Shown: positions 24,991 to 43,880 of the stretch, piece by piece | Layout of the letters: each line of letters opens with the position of its first letter | Numbering within the stretch: position 1 is the stretch's first letter | Assembly: GCA_964016885.1 (NCBI GenBank) | Contig: OZ024743.1 | Location: 3,472,001 to 3,536,000 of the forward strand | Direction of reading: 5' to 3' | Origin: Eledone cirrhosa | Taxonomy: Eukaryota | Length of the DNA stretch: 64,000 bases | Notes under the pieces: generated by a model | Database searches by the model: none | The model's input: the letters and a program-made list of their open reading frames with translations, nothing else | Told to the model about the DNA's origin: nothing | Made by a program: the position numbers and the translations under genes

Positions 24991-27900
24991 CTGTCTATGT
25001 CGATCTCACAGATCACAAATTTGTAGTCTGTGAGATCGACATAGACAGACTTCATAGACAAGGGCTTGGTTACTGGAAGCTGAACGCGTCTTTCCCGGCG
25101 CGCAAAGCCTACAGAGACTGGATTAGCGTATTAGTGATGCGGGCGTTGATGGGAGCGGTCGTCAACAACAGGTGGTGGTTCGCCCTGAAAAGGGCAATTA
25201 AAGTAGAGTCGATTAGTTTAGCAAAGGAGTAGTGATAGAGGAAAACAGAGTAGAGGGAGAGCTAGTCAGAAAGCTAGAAGAGGCGTTTAGGACAGGCATC
25301 GCAACCGATGTGCTTGCGGCGAGATTGGCACTCGACCAATTCTTCAACGCAAAACACGAAGGCTGCGTTGTCAGAGCTAGAGCGCGTGCTCTGAAACACG
25401 AGGGGACAAAATCCGTCCACAAATTTGTGGTCTGTGTAGTCGACTATTTTAAATTGTGGACAACTTATACTAGCCTTATCTAGTTCTCTGCAGAATACCC
25501 TATTGAGATACGATCTGGATGACCCGATGCGGTTTGTCCATGTCCACATTGGCACATTCGGGTGATCCAGTCGATACCTGTCAGACAGTTCAAAATGTCT
25601 GAGCAGGTTGGTGAGGCTCTTGCACCCTCCTCCCCTATCCACTCGCCCCACACGATCCCAGCGTGCATCCAAGATACCGTTCCAGTCGCCCACTAACACT
25701 AAAGAGCGGGACGTTCCAAGAAAGGTCTCTAGACGTCTGAAGAAATCTGGCCGTCCTGCCCCTGTTGGGGCGTAGACGGCTACTAGAAAGCATTGCCTTC
25801 GCTGCCGGTCACGTCTAGCACCACCGACTTACCTCCTGGGTCTAGGAAGATGGCCCGTATCGCGAGATCCAAGCCTCTCCGAAAAAGGACGGCAACTCCT
25901 CCCCCCGATCCTGGACGGCTGGGAGATGCGTATACATCGTAGCCGCCGAAGATCGGTGCGAAGGCTTGTGATTCGGAGATTCTGGTTTCACTGATGGCCA
26001 CCACATCTATGTTTAGTGACCTGAGGTCGTTGAGCAGGTGACCCTGCTTCCAAGATGACCCCAGATCACGTGCATTTATACTGCCTATTCTGAGTACGGC
26101 CATGTTGGATGAGAAACGGAGTAAATGAGAAAGGGTCACTTACCTTGATCATGTTGTGAAGGGACAGTAGAACCGTCCCTTTCGCTGGTCATGGGTGTTT
26201 CCAAGAGGATGTCAGTGTATATCCTCTTGGTAACCGACCCTCTGAAGTCTCCAACTGCGTTGGGGAATTTTTGTTTTAAAGGTTTGTACTGTTCTATTGC
26301 GATTTCGATGATGCTTATGTTTGTCGGGAGAGTTCTTGGTGTTGGTGGGGTGTAGTAGTTTTTTTCTGTGATGTCTGTGTGCTGCTTTATATATTGTATG
26401 AGTTCTTTTTTTGCCATGTTTATGGCTGTGTACTTTGGGGGGGGGGGGGGTGATTTTGTTGCTGTTTTCTTCTTGTTGCTGTTTGGTGTGTGTGTCTTGT
26501 TGTGTTTGCGTTGTTGGTGTTTTTGGTGATGCTGGTGGTGGTGTGGTTGTTGTTGTCAGTGGTGCTTGTGGTGGTGATGGTGGTGGTGTTGCTGCAAGTT
26601 TCCTTGCTGCCTTTACCCTTCTTTGTATGCCTTCGCTTTTGGAGGGCGAATCTAAGGGTTTTTTTGTTTTTTGTTTTTTTGTGGCAGACCGTTTGCCACT
26701 TCACTCCCGCCTCAAACTCCATGTCGGATTCTGTGGCGTCTGGGAGGGGTATGTGCTCTACGGCTGTTGGTGGTGGTAGTGGAGCCCTCTTCGGCAATTT
26801 TGTTGCTGGTGTAGCTACTTCAAATGTAGCTATTGGTGTTGCCGCCACTGATGATGATGCTTTAGTTGTCCGTGGCCTTGGTACGGGTGCTACGGGCGTT
26901 GCCCTCCTACTCACCGTGGAAGGGGCTTCTTCGTTTGTTGCCTGCCCTGCTCTTGGTAGCAGCGGACCAGGTATTGGAAGGAGAGGGGCCTTCTTCGCTG
27001 TCTTCTGCGGGCACAAGGCCCTGAGGTGACCCTTCGACCCACAGAGATAACATTTTGGCCGTCTTCCTTCTACACTTATAGGGAGTTGGAGTCCTTCCTC
27101 GATGTCTATGATATCGGGGATAGCGTCGATACATTCCTGGTCAGTTTGTATAAGCATTTGCATGCCTATACCTGACCAGTTCTCTCTCCCTATTTTTTCT
27201 ACTTGCAGCATGGTCGTCCTGTTCTCGATTCCAGCAAGGACAGACGCGGCCAGCCAAGGTATGGGCACGTCGGGTGGGACCTGGGTCACTTTGACCCTCA
27301 CAATTTTCTGCCCGCAGTAGGAGGGCACCAAGACTATCTCCTCACTCTTTAGGGTTTCCAAAGAGTGAGACTTTGCTTCCTGGGGGTGGCGAAAAGTACG
27401 TCTACTGTGGCGTACTTTCTGCCTCGGGGGATGTGGGTTTTGCGTGCCCAGACGCACCCCAAGGCCTTTTGGATTTGAGCCTCCGTGGCTCTCTCCACCC
27501 GATGTGAGATTTTGCTTACGGTGCGGTAAGTCACCGTCCGTAGCTGCTGGTCTTTGAAAAAATCGGGTGGAGGTTTCAGGGAGACTCTATTTGCGCTTCT
27601 TGTCACCATGGCCCTTGCGACTGTCATCTCCTCCTCTGTAACTAACACTGTCTCGATATTTCGGGCGACACCTGCAAAAGAAGTGGTCCCTTTTTCAGCA
27701 GCACCACTATTGCTGCCGCTACTGGTCTTACTGGTGGTGCTGAGATCGCTAATACAGGTATCGGTGTCATTGTTTTTGTTTTCGTTGGTACAGTTGTTGG
27801 TGTTGTTGTTGTTGTTGTTTTCGTTGATACTGTTGCTGTTGTTACTGTTATTGTGGCTGTTGTTATTATTGTTGTTTTTGCTGATACTGTTCCTACTATT

Positions 27901-28345
27901 ATTGTTGTTGTGGCTGTTGTTATTGTCATTGTTATTGTCGTTCTCGACCTTACCGCTGTTATTTTTGTTATTGTCGTTCTCGACTTTACCGCTGTTATTT
28001 TTGTTATTGTCGTTCTCGACTTTACCGCTGTTATTTTTGTTGTTTCTGTTGTTATTGATGGTGTTGATGTTGGTGTTGTCGTTGGTGTTATTGTTGGTGT
28101 TGTTTGTGTTAGAAATATTTGTTAATTTTAAATCTGTAACAATCTTCTTTTCCTTTGTAATATTTTCGTTTATATTTACCCCCGCTGGGACGCTGTCTTG
28201 TTGACATGCTGATAAAGTCTCCCTCTCTCTGTATTGTCTGACAGCGCTCTCTCTCACTTTCTTTTGTTATCCATATTGAAATTTTTCAAAAAAATATTTT
28301 TACACAAATACGAATACGGCACCCCGTAAAGGGGTGCCGTATTAT
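24991..28345 (-). mobile_element. Tx1-clade LINE (family B): ORF1 + endonuclease part of ORF2, 3'-truncated, with an internal inversion
   Basis: ORF1 pieces 27349-28257 (Asn-rich), 26420-27457 (CYLCGSKGHLRALC zinc knuckle) and 26136-26417. ORF2 from 26103 (MAVLRIGSIN...ISET...GDWN...YTDHKFV). Segment 25008-25417 is inverted. Confidence 0.9.
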
Positions 28346-28489
28346 TTACGAGTGAACCCCTGTATTAGGTGGGCCATTTCTTCTAAACTTTTATCAAATT
28401 TAAAACTTGAATAAAAGGTTTAGAACGGTTGAAAACGAGGTAAAACTTTGAAAAAAAACTGGAGGCGATAAGAAGCGTAGCTTCACCAA

Positions 28490-28690
28490 CAATAAAGCCA
28501 CGATGTCAAGATCGTAACGTCGAAGCTCCTTTGCAACAAGAGCGGTCCTTCGTTCAGGACGCTCCAAGGAATCCCTGTCAAGCAGCGTCCGTACGTTCCA
28601 GCAGCCAAGACTAAATGCCTTGTTTGGCTCTATTACAATGGCACGATGACGAGCGGGCCCAGGTTGTGATACCCTGGGGCCCCTGCTCTT
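28490..28690 (-). mobile_element. RTE/BovB-type endonuclease N-terminal fragment
   Basis: SLGCWNVRTLLDRDSLERPERRTALVAKELRRYDLDIVAL. Confidence 0.8.
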
Positions 28691-28792
28691 ATTGCCAATT
28701 ATCTTTTTTGTTCCAGAACCTAAATTGCCAATTATCTCTTTTATATTGTTCTGAAACATCATTGAATTGGGGAAAAAAAAAAAGAAAAAAAA

Positions 28793-34610
<5,818 letters not shown>

Positions 34611-34700
34611 ACACAACAAGAAATATTTAACAACAAATAATTTTAACAGGCAAATAAAGCGACTTACTGGGAGCGAGCAAAATACGTCCGCTTAGACCAA

Positions 34701-34928
34701 TAATAATAATAATAATAATAATAATGGATTCTTACATAAGCACAAGGCCAGCAATTTTGGGGGAGGGGAAAGTCGATTAAATCGACCCTAGTGCGTGACT
34801 GGTACTTTATTCTATCGACCCCGTAAGGATGAAAGGCAAAGTTAACCTCGGCAGGATTTGAACTCAGACCATAAAGGGACGTAACTCTATGGAGTCCGAC
34901 CCTCTGGTGATACTGCCAATCCACCGCC
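34701..34928 (-). mobile_element. Full-length tRNA-derived SINE between (AAT)n tracts
   Basis: Reverse complement of GGCGGTGGATTGGCAGTATC...GTTCAAATCC...GGCCTTGTGC..ATTATT. (AAT)n on both sides. Confidence 0.9.
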
Positions 34929-34957
34929 CTTATAATAATAATAATAATAATAATAAT

Positions 34958-35708
34958 GATTTCATTTATTGGCCACAAGGGCCAACATGTAGGGGACAAT
35001 ACAAAGACAGGGACAGTGGGGGTTTACAATAAGGTCGAGTAAAAGTGCACAATGGCAAGACTAATTTAACAATGAAGATATACAAATATAAAATAAATTA
35101 TGTATAAATATAACAAAATAAATAAATTCCCCTATCGGGGGTGAACGACTCTGTGGTGACTCAGGTACCCCACCAATCCTGAACCACCCTGGGCTTCTAG
35201 GGCATCCAGGGAGACCACTCCTCTCCTCAAATTAGCTATCCTATAGGCGCATGGTCAGAGTAGGCCCATTCACACGGGGGGGGGGGGGGCATTATCGCTG
35301 CATTCATCCACCTTTTAAGAAATATACTGGTGGTGGGGCGGGGGACAGCACTTCTCTCTCCACCCCCACCTTCCTTTCCAGGTGAAACTTGAAGAAGTTG
35401 ATGAGTGCTTGGCCGAAGAGTAAAGTGTCTGTCTTCAGTCCTTTCAATCTGGTCCACCATATGACCTCTTTCGCAACTGCCACCAGACAGAGGAAAATTG
35501 CCTGCTCTTCCTGACCAAAGGAAGGCGGCGGGTCGATCTTCACTATGGACTCGGCCGAGAGTCGGATCCGTTCTACACGCGACAGTAGCTGTTCGACATA
35601 ACTCCACAAGTCAATAATGCACGGACATTGAACAAGTGCGTGCAGAACGGTTTCGTCGCTCTGTGCGCATCTTGGGTAGGTCCGTCTGACAGCACTTCCG
35701 TGCCTGTA
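34958..35708 (-). mobile_element. 5'-truncated Tx1 LINE (zinc-finger C-terminus + 3'UTR)
   Basis: YRHGSAVRRTYPRCAQSDETVLHALVQCPC...; near-identical to 29170-29600. Flanked by (AAT)n on both sides. Confidence 0.95.
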
Positions 35709-36062
35709 ATAATAATAATAATAATAATAAGAAGAAGAAGAATAAGTGCTGAACTTTGTCAAACTCTGATAAGTGACCGTATACCAATTTGTAGTCTACA
35801 GAGAGTATATTGGCTAATGATTATTGCATCTTTGTTGTAACCTCTTTACGTAATGGTGGCAAGTCGGGCAAAGTTAAAACAGAAAAAAAAAAAAAGAAAT
35901 TTATCAAAATTTACCAAAACGGAATTATGGAAATTTGAAACAAAATGCGTTCGTGTACATTTTGTATTAATCCACATATCCCACTTAATATCATATGCGT
36001 ATTCATTTTGATGAAAAAGGAAAAACAAAAATGATAATAAATAGAATGCTATCACCTGTATT

Positions 36063-36101
<39 letters not shown>

Positions 36102-37520
36102 TATATATATAAATATAAATATAAATTCAGCGAGAATTGCATTTCGGCGGGTAGAAAAAGCGAAACGTAACGCAAATTCAATATATATATATAGCAAGGA
36201 ATCTCACTTTATTAACAAATACGGACCCCGTCTAAACACTTCTCCCTAAGACGAACCCACAACATACACACGTCAACATACATACCTACATCAGCATACA
36301 TCTCTATCCACATATAAACACAATGACATACGTAAACACACATGTTCTATGGTGCAACACAAATATACACAAATTTGCATACCTTTTGATGTCTATAGAT
36401 CAAACGTGCCGACACACACACATACATAAACGCACACATGCATTGCACACTGATGGGCACATACATATTTGTACACAAGTATTCCAATACGGCAGGGCCC
36501 AATGGATTCCCCTTGCAGTACGTACAATCTGGACACTCACACACACCTTGGTGTTATGCCAATACTATATATCATGTCACACCTTTTATTATTAAGGTTT
36601 TTGATGTTCTATTGAGAGAATCGTTTTTACTGAAAATATCGAATAATGTACACCATTTTTACCAGTATCACAAAAATACTGGTCCACCCACACACACACA
36701 CATTCTCACATACACACACACACACACACACACATATATACACACACACACATATATATACATACACACGTACACACGCGTACATTAACATACAAAGAGA
36801 CATATACACACACACACACACACACTTCTCCGTATAAGACAAGAGCTGAAAAATACCTTTTAACATGTTAAAATATCCCCCACACACGTACAGACACATT
36901 CCTACTGACCATCCATCTACCACGAATTGCTCTGCTACACACACACATACACTTGTCTTAATAGGCATTTGAACTGTCAGCAGGCTGCGGTTCGCACACA
37001 CATCCCTGCTGACCATTATCACAACAACGAACCTCTTTACTACTGCTACACACACACACGCACACACACACATATTTGTCTTGAAAGACTTATTTTTCAG
37101 TGACTTCTCAATCAGCCGAGACAAACCAACATTTGGCGCAAAATCAATTTTTAACATTCACATGACCTCTACCGACCAATCAAAATTGTTTTGACCACAA
37201 GAATTTTTTCATACATCTGGAGCCACTTTTTTTTACATAAAACAGGTAGAATTTCCAAAACTAATCAGATCAGAGCAAACATCACGGGCGCTCTATCTCA
37301 AAATTATTTTTGAAAAGCATTAGAAATGCGCAACCGGTAAAACTTAAAACCAAAACTGAATACTAACCAATACTATTACTAATTCTCACTTATTCCTAAT
37401 TAAACTATTTTTCACTGGGAACAATTTGTCAGCATTTTCTTTTCCTTTTTACTAATATATCACAACTCGTGTGTTACACCTCTATTCTTTTAAATATATA
37501 TATATATTTATATATATATA

Positions 37521-37638
<118 letters not shown>

Positions 37639-38493
37639 CTTGCCTAAACGTTCAACTATATATATATATATATACACATAGGCCAACACTTGAAATCGTA
37701 TATACATATATATCAGATGGTCTGTGCGTGCGTGTGTTATCGTATGAGTGTATTTACACGTGTTTGTATGTCTTCGTTTGTGTATGAGTATGTATATGTG
37801 CCTGTGCGTGTGTTAGTCTGTAATTTATGTATAATCTAATACTGACAAGACGTTTGTCATGATTCCTTCCTGTCACCAAAACAACACTAATCCGTGCCTA
37901 ATTAGATTCTTGTCGAAATGATAACTCTAATGAGATATCACCAAATAGAAATTAAAGCAGAAAAAGACAAAATAAACGCCAACAAAATTTCCCCAAAACA
38001 CTAATTTCAACCAATCTCCAATCAGATCCCTTTCTCCATAAAAATTCACAAAAAACAAATTTCTTGAACAGCCAAGGCCGTGTGGTGGCCAGCGCGTGGG
38101 ACCCCATTTGCTAATAATAGTGAGAGGTGGGGAGGGTGAGAGAGACGGAGGCGGTGACACTGCGAATTCGGCTCCTCAGTGTTTGGACCTGGTGTACGTG
38201 TGTGTGTGTGTGTATGTTTACTTCTATTCCTTTGCTAGTAGTTTTATATAGGTTAAAGAATATTCAGAAGACTTTTTCAACAGAGGATTTGCAATACCAC
38301 GCATATACAGAGGCGCACGCACACAACATAACAAACGAAGGAAAACGTAGCCGAGCAAATATTGATAGTAAAATAGGGAAATAGAGAGAAAAGGAAAGAG
38401 AAGTAAACAGAGAGAATGAAAAAGAGAGAGAGAATAACAAAATAATATAACTCTCAGACCTCTCCACTGTAGCAAAAGAAAAAAAATGACAGG

Positions 38494-38814
38494 TGCTCTC
38501 GGGTCATGAATAATCGTCCCCTCCCCCGCTTATTAATTTTTCAGATTCTTCCCCCCATCGCATATTAAATTTTGCTAATTAAATTTTGCTAATTTTGCTA
38601 AATGATTCATATCGATACAGCAGCCGGAGAATCTAATAATAATTTTATTTTACATTAAAAAAAAAATTATATATGACAAAAATAGAACATTACAAGAAAT
38701 TCCATATTTACGAACGTACACTATAAAATTACCGCCCCCATTTACCCCCCCCCTCTCTCATATAAGAATTTAAGCAAATGTCCAACCCGCCCTATTATTT
38801 AGGACCTGAGAGTA
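38494..38814. mobile_element. MITE with imperfect TIRs
   Basis: TGCTCTCGGGTCATGAATAAT versus ATTATTTAGGACCTGAGAGTA. Confidence 0.5.
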
Positions 38815-38979
38815 TGTATTATAATTTTAGGTTATTCGGTTACACTAACAATTTATTACTATTCAATTGTATGTATTTGCAAACAGACATATTTTGATTT
38901 ACACGAGGTGTATCTGGGAGCAATGAATAACCTGAAGACACAAAAGGAATTAAAGAGCTCATATGTGGCAAGGATGTTG

Positions 38980-39090
38980 GGGCGGATGAAATATTCACAC
39001 TGTGGCAGGTCTTTGAGAAATCATGGGAGTATCATCACGAGTTGCATGCTTGTCTCGTAGACATCGAAAAGGTATGTGACCGTGTTCTAG
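38980..39090 (+). pseudogene. RTE-type RT fragment
   Basis: DEIFTLWQVFEKSWEYHHELHACLVDIEKVCDRV. Confidence 0.7.
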
Positions 39091-39248
39091 CTGATCAGTC
39101 AGATCTGCATATTAGCAGATCCACTGATCAGCCAGATTTGTATATCAGCAGACTGGCCAGTCAGTTTCTTGTATACGAGCGATAAATGGCCGGCTTTGCC
39201 AAATTCAAATAAAAAAGAAAATTTCGCTCTACATAGCTGAATACAATA

Positions 39249-39412
39249 AATGTAATCTGAGTGTTTCGAATATTAATAATATTCGATTCGTTTGCAATTA
39301 TGCAAACAAGCCTCAATTTTATAGCCATGTCAGTAGAATGAACACTTCATTCTTGCAAAATTGCAAACGAATCGAATGTTATCATTAATATTCGAAAAAT
39401 TCAGATTACATT
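39249..39412. repeat. Inverted repeat, about 50-bp arms
   Basis: AATGTAATCTGA...TTCGATTCGTTTGCAATT versus AATTGCAAACGAATCGAA...TCAGATTACATT. Confidence 0.75.
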
Positions 39413-39533
39413 ATATATATATATATATATACACATATATATATATATATATATATATTGTTATACCTTGGGAGGGTCATGTTACCAATAAGAAACACAC
39501 GCACCAGTTGCTTTCACTACAATTTATTATAAA

Positions 39534-40550
<1,017 letters not shown>

Positions 40551-40606
40551 CTAGCAGAAAACCACCCGGTGGGCGGTTTTCTGCTAGCAAATCTAGTGTA
40601 TATACT

Positions 40607-41049
40607 GAAATTTTAATCATACCATTAGGTGTGAATAAGGAAATATTTTTTTATTGTCAAAACAAATGTTCAAAAGTTAAACTTCAATTTTTTGAATTAT
40701 TTCCAATTTGTATAAGGACCATTTGAAGAAGGTTGCTGCTGATGAGGTAATTTATTAATCAGATTGCGCAGTTCCATAACCTACGTTTGATTTGTTCAAT
40801 TTTTTTCTTCAATTTTTGTTGTTGTTTTTTTTATTTCTTATTGAAAAAATATAAATAATAAAATAAGGTTAGAAATTTAAATACAATTAAATACGATTTA
40901 ATTTCCATTTCCAGCAGCCAATGTCCAGTGTTCAATTTCATGAAAAAATTGGAAATAATTCAAAAAATTGAAGTTTAACTTTTGAACATTTGTTTTGACA
41001 ATAAAAAAATATTTTCTTATTCACACCTAATGGTATGATTAAAATTTCA
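40607..41049. repeat. Inverted repeat with about 103-bp near-identical arms
   Basis: TGAAATTTTAATCATACC...TTTCCAATTT (40607-40709) versus AAATTGGAAA...GATTAAAATTTCA (40947-41049). Confidence 0.85.
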
Positions 41050-41411
41050 TAGGAATATTTTTTCTCACCGCCAGTTATTTAAATATTATTAAAAATAATT
41101 CAAAAAAAAAAAAGAATGGAAGATTTTGTGGATTTTTTTACCACCTTCCAAGCCTTAAACACTAATTCTCGCGAATTTGTGTTTTGTAATGACCCTCAGG
41201 ACGCTGCTATTGTTGATTCCAATAGTGCCTGGTATTCGAATATGTTAGTATACAATTTTTTGAATAAAATTAAGGCTCAATTAGAGCTGCCAAACAAATT
41301 TTTTTTCGGCTTCGGCCAATATTATTTTTGGGAAAATTCTATTGGCTCTAATGAGTTTGCCTCTGTTGGCGTTATTTGCGACAGTCACCATTTCTTGAGT
41401 TTTAAGTCTCC

Positions 41412-41464
<53 letters not shown>

Positions 41465-41883
41465 CATCTTCCCCGAGGGTCCGGGTAAATCTTTCAATCA
41501 TATCTCATTTTGTTTGACCCGTTTAGCTTGTTCGCTTTTTTGGCTATGGTGGTTAATGGCTTCTTAACCATCGTCTCAGTTATGTTTATAGCTCTGGTAT
41601 CTTCTTCATATCCATGGAGCGCTTGTCTGCACAATATGGAAGTTGCGTTTCGCTAATTTTTACCCGCCGAAATGCGATTCTCGCTAAATTTATATTTATA
41701 TTTATATATATATATTTATTTATTAAAATAGCAGATTAAAGTTTAAGTAAAGAATCGCTGCTTTCACCCTTAACGGGATCGTCTCAAACTACTATATATA
41801 AATAAGAATTTTATTTCTCGCTCTAGCACAGCTGATACATGAAAGTAAGTATGCATACGTACACACACATATATATATACATA

Positions 41884-41952
<69 letters not shown>

Positions 41953-41957
<5 letters not shown>

Positions 41958-42130
41958 AAAATGTTTAATCCCGACGGCAGAGCTCAAGCCGTTTCGACTG
42001 GTATTTCTGCGTCCAGAAATAGCCGTCGAAACGGCTTGAGCTCTGCCGTCTGGGTTAAACATTTCCCTATTAGAGTATTGAGTACTCTAGTGCGTTATAG
42101 TCCATGTAGTTCCTTACCACACCTCCTTCG

Positions 42131-42132
<2 letters not shown>
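41953..42132 (+). mobile_element. PLE pLTR family A (diverged subfamily) with fold-back palindrome
   Basis: Hairpin 41953-42070 centred on CTG-CGTC-CAG. GAAACGGCTTGAGCTCTGCCGTC. Confidence 0.75.
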
Positions 42133-42173
<41 letters not shown>

Positions 42174-42299
42174 TATACATATACATATGTACGTGTGGGT
42201 TATATCGAACATTAATAATAATGTTCGGTTCATTTGTATATATATTTATATATGTATATATATATATATGTGTGTGTGTACTTATGCATATATATATAT

Positions 42300-42510
42300 A
42301 TCATCATCATCATCGTTTAACGTCCATATTCCACGCTAGCATGTGTTAGACAGTTTTGTCCCACTTGATGGTGGATTGGTCGGGAGACCGTGTCTCGCTC
42401 GTATAGAACTGTCTCTGGCAGGTTTTCTACGGCTGGATGCCCTTCCTAACACCAACCACATTTACAGTGTGGACTGGGAGCCTTTTCACCGTGTCTCCTA
42501 CACGACCACT
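42300..42510 (-). mobile_element. Retroposon 3' part with (GAT)n tail (RTE-associated SINE-like)
   Basis: CATCATCATCGTTTAACGTCC...CTACGGCTGGATGCCCTTCCTAAC.CCAACCAC, a recurrent RTE-tail motif. Confidence 0.6.
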
Positions 42511-42552
42511 TTACTACACACACACACACACGCAAATATATATATATATATG

Positions 42553-42584
<32 letters not shown>

Positions 42585-42809
42585 TACATGCATACATACA
42601 TACTCACACACATACGCGCACACACACAGACACACACTCATATATATATATATATAGTTTAATGTGTTGTAACCTTATATTACTGTTGGTTCACCAACTC
42701 GAGCACTCATTGCGTAGGCGGGTCCATTTAAATATAATACGTGGTATTATACTATGGTCAGTCAGTTTTCTTCATGAGCAGAGTGTAGTATTAATAATAT
42801 GTAACAAGG

Positions 42810-42990
42810 TGTCAGAGTATCATCATTAAGTTTGTTCAGGGGTGACGCGCGTTTTGCTACTGTTCAGCTCATTAACGAATCAAGAGTCTGATTTCAGAGT
42901 CGAGTCCCATCGATACAGATCGAACCTTGAGGTGATCAATAGCGAAACGGGCGTCACACCTGAATAACCTTAGTAATGATACTCTGACTC
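42810..42990. mobile_element. PLE pLTR fold-back around an extended HHR stem II
   Basis: GTCAGAGTATCAT...GTGACGCGCGTTTTGCTA versus TAGCGAAACGGGCGTCAC...ATGATACTCTGAC. Confidence 0.65.
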
Positions 42991-43017
42991 CTAAATATGC
43001 TGGGTCCGCCAACTCCT

Positions 43018-43083
<66 letters not shown>

Positions 43084-43534
43084 TAGATAGATAGATAGAT
43101 AGATAGATTAGATAGATAGATATTTTTGTTTATTTGCCACAGAGATAGATAGATATGAGTGTGTGTATGTATGCAGTAGCGGACAGGTTGCCAGGTTGCC
43201 CAATGGCAAGTGGGCCCCAGGGGGCCCACGGTAGCATTGCAAAGCCCACAGTAGCATTGCAGGGCCCACTGTTGTATTTTAGGGGCCAATGCTTTGCTTT
43301 AAAAAATACCTGAAATCTAAGAGAAAGAATATATCTTTTTAAAAAATAAATAAAACAATTAAACAAAGCATTTGGTCAACCAATTCCCCAGGGAATTACT
43401 AGAAACCAAAATATGCGATACTGCAAATAGCTGGAATCAGTGGTTGTACATTCTACTAAATCTAAAGCTTAGTGTATTCATTCATGCTTGCAAACATACA
43501 TATATAGACACAGACACACAAGCATATATATATT

Positions 43535-43880
43535 TAGGTTTGTTGGTTCACCACTGGATAGAACTGGTCATTCCGTATGGTCAACCTCGATGTAATATTA
43601 TGGAGAGCACTCAACGTAATGCAATTCACCCGTCTTCGTTTGTGTTGTTGGTGGTGCGAGTACGGAGTTAATTATTATAAAATAACAGGAGGCTGGACTG
43701 GTGTAATTCCTTAAAAGGTTTATTATACTATGATCATTTCAATGTCCGGGTTCAGTATGAATCCAGTGACATCATCAGGTATTCGAAATTTAACAAAGGA
43801 ATATAATAGACAAAATCCATGGGGCTGAAAATCAGAGACATGAGGGCGACCGAACATTTACCCCGGTCGGCCGCCCTCAT
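43535..43880 (-). mobile_element. PLE pLTR (family E)
   Basis: Homologous to 58674-59032. Contains an HHR. Confidence 0.75.
43724..43783 (-). ncRNA. Type I hammerhead ribozyme motif
   Basis: Minus strand: ATAC-CTGATGA-TGTC.CTGGATTCA TAC TGAACCCGG ACA.-GAAATGATCATA-GTAT, followed by AATAAA. Second copy at 58866-58925. Confidence 0.75.

Noticed and set aside
27554-28204. Leu-rich membrane-protein-like ORF
   Set aside because: Antisense of the Asn-rich Tx1 ORF1.
41116-41517. 133-aa ORF as a host exon
   Set aside because: No recognisable domain, runs through (TA)n, and has no supporting splice structure.
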